Shown here: positions 1 to 12,444 of the stretch, piece after piece
Layout: every line of letters begins with the position of its first letter
How positions within the stretch are numbered: the stretch's first letter is position 1
From: Octopus bimaculoides
Taxonomy: Eukaryota
NCBI RefSeq assembly: GCF_001194135.2
Contig: NC_068993.1
Location: 46,667,743-46,731,742, forward strand
Reading direction: 5' to 3'
DNA length: 64,000 bases
Notes under the pieces: generated by a model
What the model was told of the DNA's origin: nothing
Database searches by the model: none
Seen by the model: the letters and a program-made list of their open reading frames with translations, nothing else
Translations under genes and position numbers: made by a program

Positions 1-208
1 TATATATATTTGTATATATGTATGTGTATATATGTGTGTGTGTATGTATATATATGTATGTGTATATATATATATATTTGTGTATGTATATAAATGTATT
101 TGTGTATGTGTATATATATATATGTGTATATATTTGTATGTATATATATGTATATATTTGTGTGTAAGTATATATTTGTATGTATATATATGTATATATT
201 TGTGTGTA

Positions 209-245
<37 letters not shown>

Positions 246-326
246 ATGTCAGTATATATATGTATGTGTGTATGTCAGTATATATATGTATGTGTGTATG
301 TCAGTATATATATATATGTATGTATG

Positions 327-357
<31 letters not shown>

Positions 358-410
358 TTGTATGTATATATATATATGTCTCCCCAAATATTGTGTTTAT
401 ATATATATAT
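1..410. repeat. Compound (TA)n/(TG)n microsatellite, representative of dozens of (TA)n, (CA)n, (GA)n, (AAT)n and (CAT)n tracts in the window
   Basis: Directly visible. Long (CA)n tracts at 10568-10688, 19468-19574, 26445-26522. Confidence 0.95.
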
Positions 411-789
411 ATGGACACACTCTTTCTCTCTTCCTATTTGTTCACTTCTCTCCAACGCAGTCATCCTTCTCAGCCCTTGAACCAGTATTATAGATACATA
501 TCCCTCTCTCTATTTCTCTGTCTCTCATCACTTCTCTGCATCATGCCTCTTTTCCCGTCTCTTCACTCCTCCTCATCACACCGTCATTCTTATCTGAACC
601 TCTTAATCTTCCTATATATATAGACACATACACACACACTCTCTCTCTCTCTCTGTTCCTGTCTTCTCTCAGCCTCTCAAACTCTGTAAATATATTGACA
701 CACTTTCTCTCTCTATTCCTTCACTACCCTCCATCACCCCATTAAATTAAAAAGAAAAATTAAATGAATAAAATATCCATAAAAGTGTC

Positions 790-3700
790 CAGAAACTGGA
801 GGAGCCTGGAATTGGCATTGTTTTTAAGAGAGGGACCTGTGCTGAAAGTGATAACCCAAACAATACCAACATAGCTGCACTGAAGAGCAATGGCTAATCA
901 AGGAGTTTAGCACAGATAAAGCGAAATAAGCAGGGGTTCACATGCTCCTACACTCTCATATGATCCCACATCAGCAATGTTGGTGCCATCTTTGATAATG
1001 AACATGACAAAGATGACGAGGATGGAGGTATGGAAGTAGATGAAAGATGTTACCCCCTACTTGGTAGACACTCAGGAAAACAAAGAAGAATGTTTATGCA
1101 AGAAACCTGTCAGGAAAGTAAACACAAGTGTAAGTGCTCCTACCACCATGAAAGCTAAAAGCCATGGAGGTGAAAGAACCAAGAAAGAACAACCAAAAAG
1201 AGGAAAAATCAGAAGAGGAAACAGCCAAAGAAAGAAGCAATCCTGACTACCTATATGACAAAAAAGATAAAAAGAGACGCCACACACGAATGTGGAAATT
1301 CTACTTGAAAGGTGTCTGCTGGCATGGAGAGAGAAGTGCAAGCTGCCATTTTGCACACCAAAGACCCCGTCACACCAACATGAAGCAGGGTGGAAGCTAC
1401 CTGCCAAAAAGAAAGGGCTATGCACTACCTTCCCCAAAATGGAGATATGCAGATGTAGTACATGTTACAAACCAGTCCTTTCAACATGTTGTTGAAAGGG
1501 TAGCTGCTGAACAACAATCTTTTTTTGTGCATGGCACAAAAGATTGTACAGCAACTGACCTGGCTACATCATTCTCACAGATGGAACTATCCCCAATAAA
1601 CAAGACCACCACAGCAAATAGACCCAAGGTGGACACCACTGGCAACAACACAGACATTACATCGGTGCTCTTATTGAACATCAGCGGACTGTTAACACTT
1701 TGTAACAGGACAAAAATCCCTTTCCTGAGAGACCTTGTTGCATGCAATCAAGCCTTATGCAAAGCACTTACGGAAATACACCTGAAACCAGATATAGGCA
1801 ATGCAGAAATATACATACCACAGTAAGTTGTATTAAGGACCGACAGGAAAGAAAGGAGTCATACTGGAGTTGCTATGTATATCTGTGAAGACCTCACACC
1901 CCAGGTCCTTTTGTCACACTCAAATTCAGTATGTGACACACTAATTGTATATATAAGATAACTTGATGTAGTTATATGTGCTACATATTGCCCTCCAGAT
2001 GCTCTGAATCATGCAGGTAAGTTTGAAGACTGCTTTACAAAAATAGAAGTTCTAGTTACATTAGAACAACACATAAGTGTACCTCTTAGGGGAGACTTCA
2101 ATCTGCCCAATGTTGGATGGCCCGAGGTTCTTTCTCTCCCAAGAATGGCACAACGCGAACAAGGACAGGTGAAGTCCCTCCTGAACCTCATCAGCACTTT
2201 GTACATGGAACAAATAATGCTCCAACCAAACAGGGCAAGTAGCACACTGGTTCTCTGCTTCACAAATAATATGGATCTCATCCATAATGTGAAAGTTACA
2301 CCGACGCTACTTTTGGATCACAACAAGGTAGAGTAGACCATGTACGGACCAAAGGAAACCATGGACATGCAGCCTACAAGAAACTCTCAAAATCTTTCCA
2401 GTTCAAGGCAAACTGGAAACAAATTGAGAAAGAGATCTTCAAACAAAACTGGCCTAAATGTATCCTCACTGGACATCAACATGAAATTTCAACAATTCAT
2501 GCTCGTAATGCAAGCCATATGCTACAAATGTTTCCCGGAGAGAAAGGCCACTGTACACAAGAAAAAAATCCCCAGGGAGGGGAAAAATCCCACCTGAAAA
2601 TACAACTGCTGGAAATTGAGAAAAACTCTGCAACTCTCCCATGAAAAAGAAAGAGAAGACAAAGAAGCCTGGGCTTTAGACAATATAAAATCTAACCCCA
2701 GAGCCTTCTACAAGTTTGCCAAAGAGACAGCCGCAGTGCACTGCTGGATAGGGCCACTCCTCGAGAAAGATGCTTCACTCACAGGAAACCCAATGAGGAT
2801 AAGTGAAATACTAAATGAGCAATTCAAAAGTGTTTTCACTCCACCCTTAGGACACTTGCAAGTCAGCAATCCAACTGACTTTTTTCCACGGCAGATATAA
2901 AAACAGATGATGATGATTGATTACATCAATATAAAAGATGATGTAATAAGAGCCTGAGATGAAATGAACCCAAACTCAGCTACTAGCCCTGATGGATTCC
3001 CAGCAATCCTTCTAAAAGCATGTAAGCGAGTCCTAGCAAGAGCACTGCAGTCCCTTTCCAGAGCTTCCTTGCATCTGGCAAACTCCCAAGAAAACTTGAG
3101 GAGGGTAAAATATGCCCTATTCATAAAGGGGGTAGCAGAGCGGAGGCCAAGAACTACAGACCTATCTCTCTGACCTCGCACATCAGCAAGGTCATGGAAC
3201 GAAGAGTCAGAAGAAAACTAATCGCCTTACTTGAAGAAAATGGCTTGCTGCCTGATACCCGACATGGTTTCCGACCAGGAAGAAGCTGCCTGACTCAGCT
3301 CTTACAACACTATGACTGGGTGCTGAAACAGCTACTGAACCACTCAAATGTGGAAGTGATATATCACGACTTTGCAAAGGCCTTTGATAAAGTCGATCAT
3401 GGAATGATATGTCGCAAACTGCGTAATCTCGGCATAGTTTGAAAATTGGGAGAATGGCTTCATGACTTTCTGAAAGATAGAAGTCAGGTGGTAGTAGCCA
3501 ATGGGGCCACCTCCAATGACACGCAAATAGTGAGCGGTGTTCCGCAAGGCACTGTTTTGGGACCACTATTGTTCATAATGGCCCTCTCAGACATGCCCTC
3601 AGCCACACAGAGAGCCATGATCACAAGTTATGCAGATGATACAAAAGTCTCACAGGTAATACAGAACCCTGAAGACACCATGCACCTGCAATGTGAGCTG

Positions 3701-4612
3701 GATGAAATATACAAGTGGGCTGAAAAGAATAACATGCAGTTTAATGCTGAAAAGTTTCAAGCCTTGTGCTATCAGCATGCAAAACTAAATGCAGTAGCCA
3801 TTAAATACAATGGACCTGGAGGGACTGCAATCACAGTCAGTGGGAGACCTGGGCATTTACATGAGTAATAATGCATCTTTTCGTGTTCAAGTTGCTAAAT
3901 TGTCAATGAAATGCAGGTGACTGACCGGGTGGATTCTTAGGACTTTTAGAACAAAAGATCAGGAAACCATGATGGTCCTCTGGAGGACACTTGTTCTAAG
4001 CCACTTTGACTATTGCTCTCAGCTATGGTCACCAACCAATGTCAAATTAATCTCAGAACTTGAGGCAATCCAATGAAGCTACACGAAGAAGATAGCCTCT
4101 ATGCAGCATATAAGCTATTGAGAAAGACTCAAGAGATTAAGACTCTATTCCTTAGAGCGTAGGCGAGAAAGATATGCTATAATATACATCTGGAAAATCC
4201 CCGAAGGAATTGTCCCAAACTTTGGCATCGAAGGTTACACAAATAAAGGAACTGGACACCATTGCATAGTGCCAAGGATTCCTAATTTGCCATCAAGATG
4301 TAGGACTAGATACTGCAATAGCCTGAGCTTCAGAGGTCCACAGCTCTTCAATATCCTCCCGAAGGACCTGAGTGACCTGCATGCAGTGGATGTAGGTGTC
4401 TTCAAGATGAGGCTGGACCTCTTCCTGTCAGGTGTCCCAGATGAACCAACTTCGCGGCAGGAGGTGCAGATGAGGGCAGCGGCATCAAACTCTCTCATGC
4501 ACCAAATGTCAATTCGTGAAGTAAAATTGTGTAGCAACACCAAATGGTGGTGCCCCAGCATGGCCACAGCTCATGAGCTGAAACTAGATAAAATGAAAAA
4601 AAAATGAAATGA
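790..4612 (+). mobile_element. Near full-length but inactivated CR1-group LINE (CCCH-like zinc finger, APE endonuclease, reverse transcriptase)
   Basis: Fragments translate to KFYLKGVC.HG...SCHFAH; LLNISGL..LTE.HL..DRK..GVA..Y.PP..GDFN (endonuclease); YRPISLTS..HGFRPGRSCLTQ..DFAKAFDKVDH, SGVPQGTVLGPLLF, YADDTK (RT); RRERYAIIYIWKI...GPQLFNILP..LDLFLSGVPDEP. Many stops and frameshifts. 5' limit approximate. Confidence 0.93.
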
Positions 4613-5939
4613 AAATATGCTTACATATATATATATATATAAAATATATATATATATATATACATACATACACACATATATATATATATGTATATGTATT
4701 TATATATATTTATAAATATTTATATATTCTGTTTATGTAGACTGTCAGAATGAAGTAGACGTCTTTGATGAGAACCCAACATTGTTAGAAAATCAATGAA
4801 GGTTGTTCATCATTTTTTCAATCTGTGGAGAAATGGCTAAAATTTTCCCTGTTCATAATTATATGTTATGTTACATATATATATTTATATTGACAAGATG
4901 GTCTTGGTTGGAATACTTTTGATCAGTATTCCCCTGCTAGCATGGCTAGCAAAGGCTAGATTAGGGCTAAACAATCTGAATTGAACAAGCTGTTGACCAG
5001 ACAAAGAGGCTTCTAAACAGTCACTCTACCAACTAGAAATAGCTCTCAGATCAACCTACTTTCCTAAAAAAGGAAATGTCATCTTAGATAATGTAGTCCA
5101 AGGAAAATGATGTCTTCAGAAATAGACTGAATGGTCAGAGATGAATATCATTCATCACAAGCCTATATGATGAGGGTTGAGTTAACATATGAGAAACCAA
5201 CAAGAGTAACCTTCAAGAAATAATAGTTTAATCTCCTCAATTTCATACCCTACTGTCTTAAAAAGGAGGACACATTGCATAATGTTTACAGCTAGAATGT
5301 CTTTGAACAGAGTTCTGATCAGTCAAAGTTGACTTTAAGATTAACCCTCAACATCAAAAACCAAGGCGAAGACTGTATGTAGACTGTTGATTGTTCATGT
5401 CACTTCAAGTTGTCCGAAGTAGATTTCCCTTACTGAATGAAGAAAAAAAACAAACAAAAAAGAAATGTTACTCCATGATATCATATAACCTGTGAGGATA
5501 TCTGATACACTGCTATATGTATTGAGTTTCCTTTCAAGCTGCGAGTCTAGCAGCAATGTAATGAAAATGATAGCACATGACAGATATGAAGATGGAATCT
5601 GAATCTAAAAGTTGTTGAGGATTAGAAAACTCTGAGGTTCCAAGTGAAAGTAGACTCTGAGATTTAGTTACAGTTATTATTATTATTATTATAAAGATGG
5701 CAAGCTGGCAGAATCGTTAACACGACGGACAAAATGGTTACTAGTATTTCATACGTCATTATGTTCTGAGTTCAAGATCTGCAGCGGTCGACTTTGTAAT
5801 CAACTAATCCCCTTACCCGAAAATTTCAGGCCTTGTATTTATAGTAGAAAGCATTATGTGTGACAGATGTAGCCATCATCAAAGACCATCAACTGGCATT
5901 TGTGAAGCCAGTGATGCTGCTTCCAGACAGCTCTACACT

Positions 5940-6197
5940 GACATTATTTACACTATTTACATTTGACGAATATTTGTCCTCATCTTGTTTGTTGTTAAAA
6001 CGTTTTGGCTGATATACCCTCCAGCCTTCATCAGGTGTCTTGGGGAAATTTCAAACCTGGGCTCTCATTCCTAAGGTATTTTTCGTTGTTACTGTTGCTG
6101 TTGTTAATATTATTATTATTATTATTATTCAGGTCACTGCTTGGAATCGAACTCGAAATTTTGGGGTTAGTAGCCCGCGCTCTTAACCACTATGCCC
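5940..6197 (-). mobile_element. tRNA-headed SINE-like element carrying a hammerhead-like motif
   Basis: Minus strand reads GGCATAGTGGTTAAGAGC (A box) ... GAGTTCGATTCC (B box), then (AAT/AAC)n, then a body containing ACAC-CTGATGA-A-GGCTG..CAGCC-AAAACGTT, then an AATGTAAAT repeated tail. Confidence 0.75.
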
Positions 6198-6215
6198 AGG
6201 GGCATATGGAATAAC

Positions 6216-6246
<31 letters not shown>

Positions 6247-6293
6247 TCTAGAAATACCTTAGGAATGAGAACCCAGGTTCAAAATTTCCCCAA

Positions 6294-6340
6294 GACACCT
6301 GATGAAGGCTGGAGGGTATATCAGCTGAAACATTAACAAC
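6294..6340 (+). ncRNA. Hammerhead ribozyme-like motif (minimal type I, degenerate)
   Basis: CTGATGA at 6299-6305, stem II GGCTG/CAGCT with a 10-nt loop, GAAAC at 6327-6331. Inverted twin at 5997-6039. Confidence 0.6.
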
Positions 6341-6607
6341 AAACAAGACGAGGACAAATATCTGTCTAATGTAAATAACGTAAATAATTCCTCATCCCTT
6401 AAATATAGAACTGAACTCGACACTGAATCCAGCTAATCTACACTCGTCAACAAAAGACTTTCTATATGGTAGTTAAACCTACTAGAAATATTATTAAAAC
6501 TTCCCTTAGATTATATCCTGTATTAAAGATTCCTAATTTGGTAATGAGAAAATAATTACTGGTATATTTAACATGGAAAGCTAAAAAAAAGCAAAAAGCT
6601 GTTTTAA

Positions 6608-6826
6608 CCCTTTAGTGTTTAAACCAGCTATATCCGGTTCAAATATTCCAGCTGTTTTATGTACAAACTGGCTAGATTTAGCCTCTTACACCTACCCTAC
6701 AATGTCATTCTAAATAAACAAACACACCACTGAAGTCTTAGAGTTACAAGATAATGCATGATTAACTCAGAACAGTGTGAATAAATAGGAATTACATTTG
6801 AATGACTAATCCGGGATGCTAAAGGA
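6608..6826. mobile_element. piggyBac-type MITE (about 220 bp). Other copies at 11172-11372 (partial), 48250-48456 and 52112-52332 (opposite orientation)
   Basis: TTAA|CCCTTTAG ... CTAAAGG(G/A)|TTAA termini and a shared internal sequence (aatattc..., cctacaatg.cattct, tacatttga) across four copies. Confidence 0.85.
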
Positions 6827-7966
6827 TTAAGGTTAAAAAATTACAAAAAGTAACGTAATTTGTTCACATTTTTATTAACTGTTTTGTTGCCTTATTACTT
6901 TTGAAATGCATTGCCTTTGTATCAATTAATTTTGAAAATAAGGAAGAATTTAGTAATATAACAGGCGTGGTTGTGTGGGTAAAAGGCTTGCTTGGCAAAC
7001 ATGTGGCCTCAGATTCAGTCCCACTGTGCAGCACCTTGGTCAAGTATATTTCACAACAGTACTGGGTTGACTAAAGCCCTGTGAGTGGATCTGGTAGATG
7101 AAAACTAAAAGAAACCTGTTGTGTTTGTGGGTGTGTCTTGTCTTGACATTATGTGATGGCTGTAAATAAGCATCATTGTCATACAAGCAATGCTGTTCAT
7201 TTCCAGCCTTCCATGAAAAATATGTCTGGACATTGGAAATATGACCTTGCATGCAAACGGGTTAGGGTTGGCAACAGGAAAGGCGTTCAGCTGGACAAAA
7301 CAATCTACCTCAACAAATTCTGTCTGACCCATGCAAGTGCAGAAAATTGGATGCTTTATGATGATGACGACGATGAACTGTCATTATTTAGCTTGTGGTT
7401 GAACCATAAATTTACATGAAACTTAGATCAAAGTTTTTAATTTAGATCACTTTAAAATAGGATATTTGTAGTATAGAACTAAGGATGATTCCAGGCAGAC
7501 TATATCATCATCATCATTTTAATGTCTACTATTTTATACTTGCATGGATCGATAGGAGTTTGAGTAAGAGTTTGTACAGCCAGATGCTCTTCCTGTCACC
7601 TACCCTTGTCTGTTTCCAAGCAAGGTAACATTTCCTTAAGACCTGGCATGTTTTCATGGAAGATTGGAATTGAAATACATTGCCTGTCTGATAGTAACAC
7701 TCATTTACAACTATCACATGATGTGAAGACAAGTAGACACAGATACACATGCACCCCCCCCCCACATACACACATTTAAGAAAGGCGTCTTTCAGTTGGT
7801 TAGCATGAAGTTACGTTAGAAGACATTTTCATCATAGTGCGACATAGTGGGGTTGAACCTCAAAGCATGGGGTTGTGGTGCGAATGTCTTAACCACATAA
7901 CCATTTTTTATATTTATCACACATGCACATAGTTCTACCATTCTATTATTCTAATATATTTGTGTA

Positions 7967-9168
7967 CAGGTTGCGATGGATAAATCATTGCCATTTTATA
8001 TTTTCAATTTCACACATGCACATTTATTTTGATTTTGTCAACTACACAATATAGTAGGATCAATTGGGCACCATCTGTGAGAAAAGCAGCACCATGACGC
8101 AATTCACTCAGCCAGAAATTTGGAAATGACGTACTATACTGCTTGGTATTCACAGTGGAAGCTTCAATATGTGCAGAGGATTTGTAAAGAGTTGGGTGCG
8201 GCTAATGGTGATAAGAAATGAACTCCTGAATTTGTTGGTGAGATCCAGGCCTTGATTGACAACGATCCCTCCAAGTCAATCAAGTCTATTGCCAGGGACA
8301 TGAGTGTGTCTGAGCTTCTAATCCGGCAGGCAGTGCATGAAGACATTTGGTATTCTTCATACAAGATAAGAAGGGGCCAGTTTTTATCACAAGCTATCAA
8401 GGACAAGAGGAAAGACCACACTTTGAAGCTTTTGAACAAACTCAAGCATCCCCTCCAACCGAACATGCTTTAGTTTTTCTCAGATAAGAAAAATTTCTGC
8501 TAGGATCAGATGGTGAATGCACATACAACATCCATTGGCTTGCTATGTCCCCAAAACATGTACTCAGAGTGATTAAAATCAAACATCCAGTCAACATCAT
8601 GGTGTTTGGAGTGATCACTAGTAATGGTGATGTTATGCCTCCATTCATCTTCCCACATGGCCTCAGACTCAACATGGAGGCCGACATCATGTGCCTGGAG
8701 GAGGGGGTAGTGCTGTCCTGGGTCAAGAAGGTGGCTGATGGAAGACCCTGTGTCTGGCAACAAGACTCTGCACCATGCCTCACATGCAAAAGAACAGTCA
8801 GACAGTTATTGTGACCACATCACCCCTAACATCTGGCCACCTAACTCCCCAGACTGGTTATTATGTGTGGGGTGCAGTTGAGCAAGAGACCAATAAAACT
8901 ATTTGTAACACCAAAGATGAACTGAAGGCAAGGATTATGACAGCATTGACAAACTTAAACAAAGAGACCGTTCAGAAGAGCTTCAGGAGATTCTGAAGTC
9001 GTCTGGAGGTGGTGGCTGAAGCCAATGTCGGTTTTATTGAATAAATTTACTCTTTAGTATTTCAAAATATTTTTATGTAATTTTGGTAAATATGTCTGTT
9101 AAAATGAGATGTCAGTGTTATTTTTATTATTGCGTAATTTAAGGCGACAGTTTATTCACCACACTTTG
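7967..9168 (+). mobile_element. Tc1/mariner transposon relic, DD37D (maT) type, degenerate TIRs with TA target duplication
   Basis: TA|CAGG.. and ..TG|TA ends. Transposase fragments: [69 protein letters not shown]; stops and deletions present. Confidence 0.9.
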
Positions 9169-10568
9169 TACATACTTTCACGTCTATTTATATATGCTGT
9201 CCTGTAAACACAGGTGTACTTATGTGCATATATTCACATCAATGGTTATTTAAATATATTTACTAACAAACACTGGCTTTCCCATACATATGTGTACACA
9301 TACACTGTCACACCTACACAAATATTTGGACACAAATTCACATCAAACTTCTTGCATACATATATTAATGGTGATTATCATAAGGACACATTGTTAAGGG
9401 GACAGGATTATGGAGTTGATTTGATCCATTTATATGAATGTTATAGCATTTGATCCTTCTCAGAGATATGGTTCCAGTGTGGGGCAGTCCTTGGGTGACA
9501 GTATATCTTCATTGTTTGTCGTTATAAGAAGTCAAAAGTGGAGAGTTGGCAGAATTGTTAGAGAACTGGGCAAAATGCCATGTAATATTTCTTCTGGCTC
9601 TTTACATTCTTGTTTCAAATCTTGTCAAGGTCGACTTTGTCTTTTATACTTCCAAGTGTGATGAAATATAGTAACAGTCAAGTACAGTATTGACTAACTC
9701 GGTTTAGTGGTCAGTTGGAAACTCCAGAGGTGACACTTTCATTTCCCCGTAGCCCTCACGTCACACAATTGTTAATGTTTATTTCAGTTGGGTCACACCC
9801 TTCCAATTGCTATAGATCCACAATGCATCTTACGGCTGTGCCTGTCACCTGTATGGTGAGGAATCCTACATTGGGGAGTGGTAACAACTAGGCTAGGGTA
9901 GCTGACTGCTTATTGTGATCATTTGTCTTTTGGTTTCCTGTAACTTTGCTCTCTTTTACAAACCCAGTGAACATACATATATTTCCTATTTCAAAGAAAT
10001 TCGAACAATTGATATAACACCCAAGTTAAAAAGATTCTCAACAATTCAACTTCTCTGGTTGACATTAAGACACCCACCCCCAATAGTTGCCTTAACTCCC
10101 ACACTTTAGAGCTCCATTCTTCAGGAGCAAAATCCTTTTAACAAGTTCCAAAAGACTGAATTGTGGAGCTACAAAGCCAGCCAACTGTTTTGGGGGTCAA
10201 TAAAATAAGTATTAGTTGAGTACAAGGTTGATGTTATCGACTAAGCCTTTCCCCTTTAAATTTCTGACCCTGTACCAAAATTCGAAACTATTAATGTGTT
10301 AAACAAAATGCTTAGCAGCGTTTCTGCTAGCTCTTTGTGTTCAGGGTTCAAATACTGTCGAAGCTGAGAATGCCTTTCACCCTTTCGGTGGTCGATAAAA
10401 TAAGTATCGGTCTTTAAAGTGTTACATTTATTACATCATGGTATTTATTTGCCCCACCTTCATTTTTTGTTGTTGCTTTCTTTACTTTGCTGATTTACCT
10501 GTTGTATTTATTTTCATCTTCACCAGCAGGCTGCTGCCCTCATTGACAGCCTCATACATACATGGCAT

Positions 10569-10684
<116 letters not shown>

Positions 10685-12444
10685 TACACAGAGTCTTACT
10701 TTTCTCCAGACTCTGCTGTACTGCTACTCAGTCATATTTGAATCCTCTAGAAACCTGATTCCACAATAGCAGGCTTAACCTACCAAATCCTCCGTCTCCC
10801 TTATCAGCAACACCTGATAGTATCAAACACAATTAACTCAACCATATAAACATATAGCACACACACATGGTACAAATACTAGGTGTTACATTCTACACCT
10901 CCACGACATTCACAAGTCACAGAAGACATTGTAAAGTAAGCTAAACAGTTCTTAGAGCAATTACAAGTACTTTGGCTCATCATCAAACTGTATCTTTGCT
11001 GTGTCTTTTCTATAACTATTTCCTTGGTCATTGCTTTGATGAAGTTTCTGCGCTCGTACCACCTGTCATGACCTTTAAACATGTCATTTGCTTCTCTTCT
11101 TAGGTGCATCATTTCTTTATTGAGCTTCTTGTTCTGATAGCTTCTTTCCTTGCACCATTTAGCCTTTATTCTGGCCATATCAGGTCAAAAAATATTCTAC
11201 CAGTGTTATATTCAAACTAACCAGATCTAGCCTCTCACACCTGCCCTACAATGCCATTCTGAAAATAAACAATTACATGATCAAAATATTGAAGCTATGA
11301 GATAATACATGTTTAATAGAAAACGATGTGAATAAACGAGGATTACATTTGAGTAACATGACTACTAAAGGGTTAAACTGCTGTTCTCTGGAACCTAATC
11401 CATTGTCTTGTTTTCCTCTCATCTATAATATTCTGTCCTGAAGTTTTCTGTCAATCAACATCTTTTGAATTTGTAGGCCCCTTCTTTGTAGTCCTTGTGC
11501 TACTGTGGCCTCAAGCCTTGTTTGGGACAAAATCTTTTTGAGACACACAGTGTTTTGGTATGTGTTGCCAAAAAGGCCAAATGTTTTTTCTATTGAGATC
11601 CATCTACTGAAAGACAATCTCTGATTAACTATTACACTTCAAAACCAACCATTCACAACATTTGTTCCATTGGGCTGATGGATGGATTGGCCTCAAAGTT
11701 CTTTCAGCTTGTATCGCTTTGGCTGACCAATCAGCCTGTATGTCCCAAGAAGGTTTAAAAAAGAACAAAAAAACCCCCCTAAAATCTACACTTGACCAGC
11801 ACAAAGATGCAACAATACAGGTGTACAAAACATTAGATCTATCATACATTATGTCAATCCTACCCAGTGCTTCAAATCTTCCCACAACAAACCATGAAGA
11901 AAAACAAAACAATGCCTTACACTCAAGAATTTTTGTTCAGAGACCAGCACCACTGCAAAACAGAAATGCAAAAGATTGAAAGATTATCTGCACAAGTGAG
12001 GGGCACATCGAATCACCTACAACAAATTTGGTGGTGCTAAAACAGCTCATACATATCTGCTGTGGTCACCCTTTCTAACTAGCATTTACAGATGTAGAAA
12101 AATAGACAGGACAGTGGAGAAAGATGTCCAGACTATAATATAATGGCGAATAACAATTATATTCACTGCATGTTGACATGTTCAGTCTGACCCATTGCTG
12201 TACAGAGACTTGTTATATAGTTGGATAGATGACTATATAGGTCACACACTTTGTTGTTCAGCTGATTGCAATCATGCCAATGAACTGTTTGATCAGAATT
12301 GACCTGGGGCTAAACAGCAAATGCCTCCTCCTACTTAAAATCCAAATATTTAGTGAGACTTTTAAATTCACCTTTCTAGTTGATATATATATATATTTTT
12401 TTAGGTGGAAGCTTCTATTTTGAGTTTCCTTTTGTTTATTATTA

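Noticed and set aside
32-623. Long ORFs of Y/I/V/C or H/T repeats, and all ORFs spanning N runs
   Set aside because: They are translations of (TA)n, (TG)n and (CA)n microsatellites or of assembly gaps, not genes.
6130-6197. tRNA gene
   Set aside because: It has A and B boxes but no complete acceptor stem, and it continues into a repeat body, so it is a SINE head.
11662-11979. Plus-strand ORF with KKNKK as the MYCBP2 start exon
   Set aside because: No recognisable similarity to PHR N-termini, no ATG start, and a poor donor (gtgtac).
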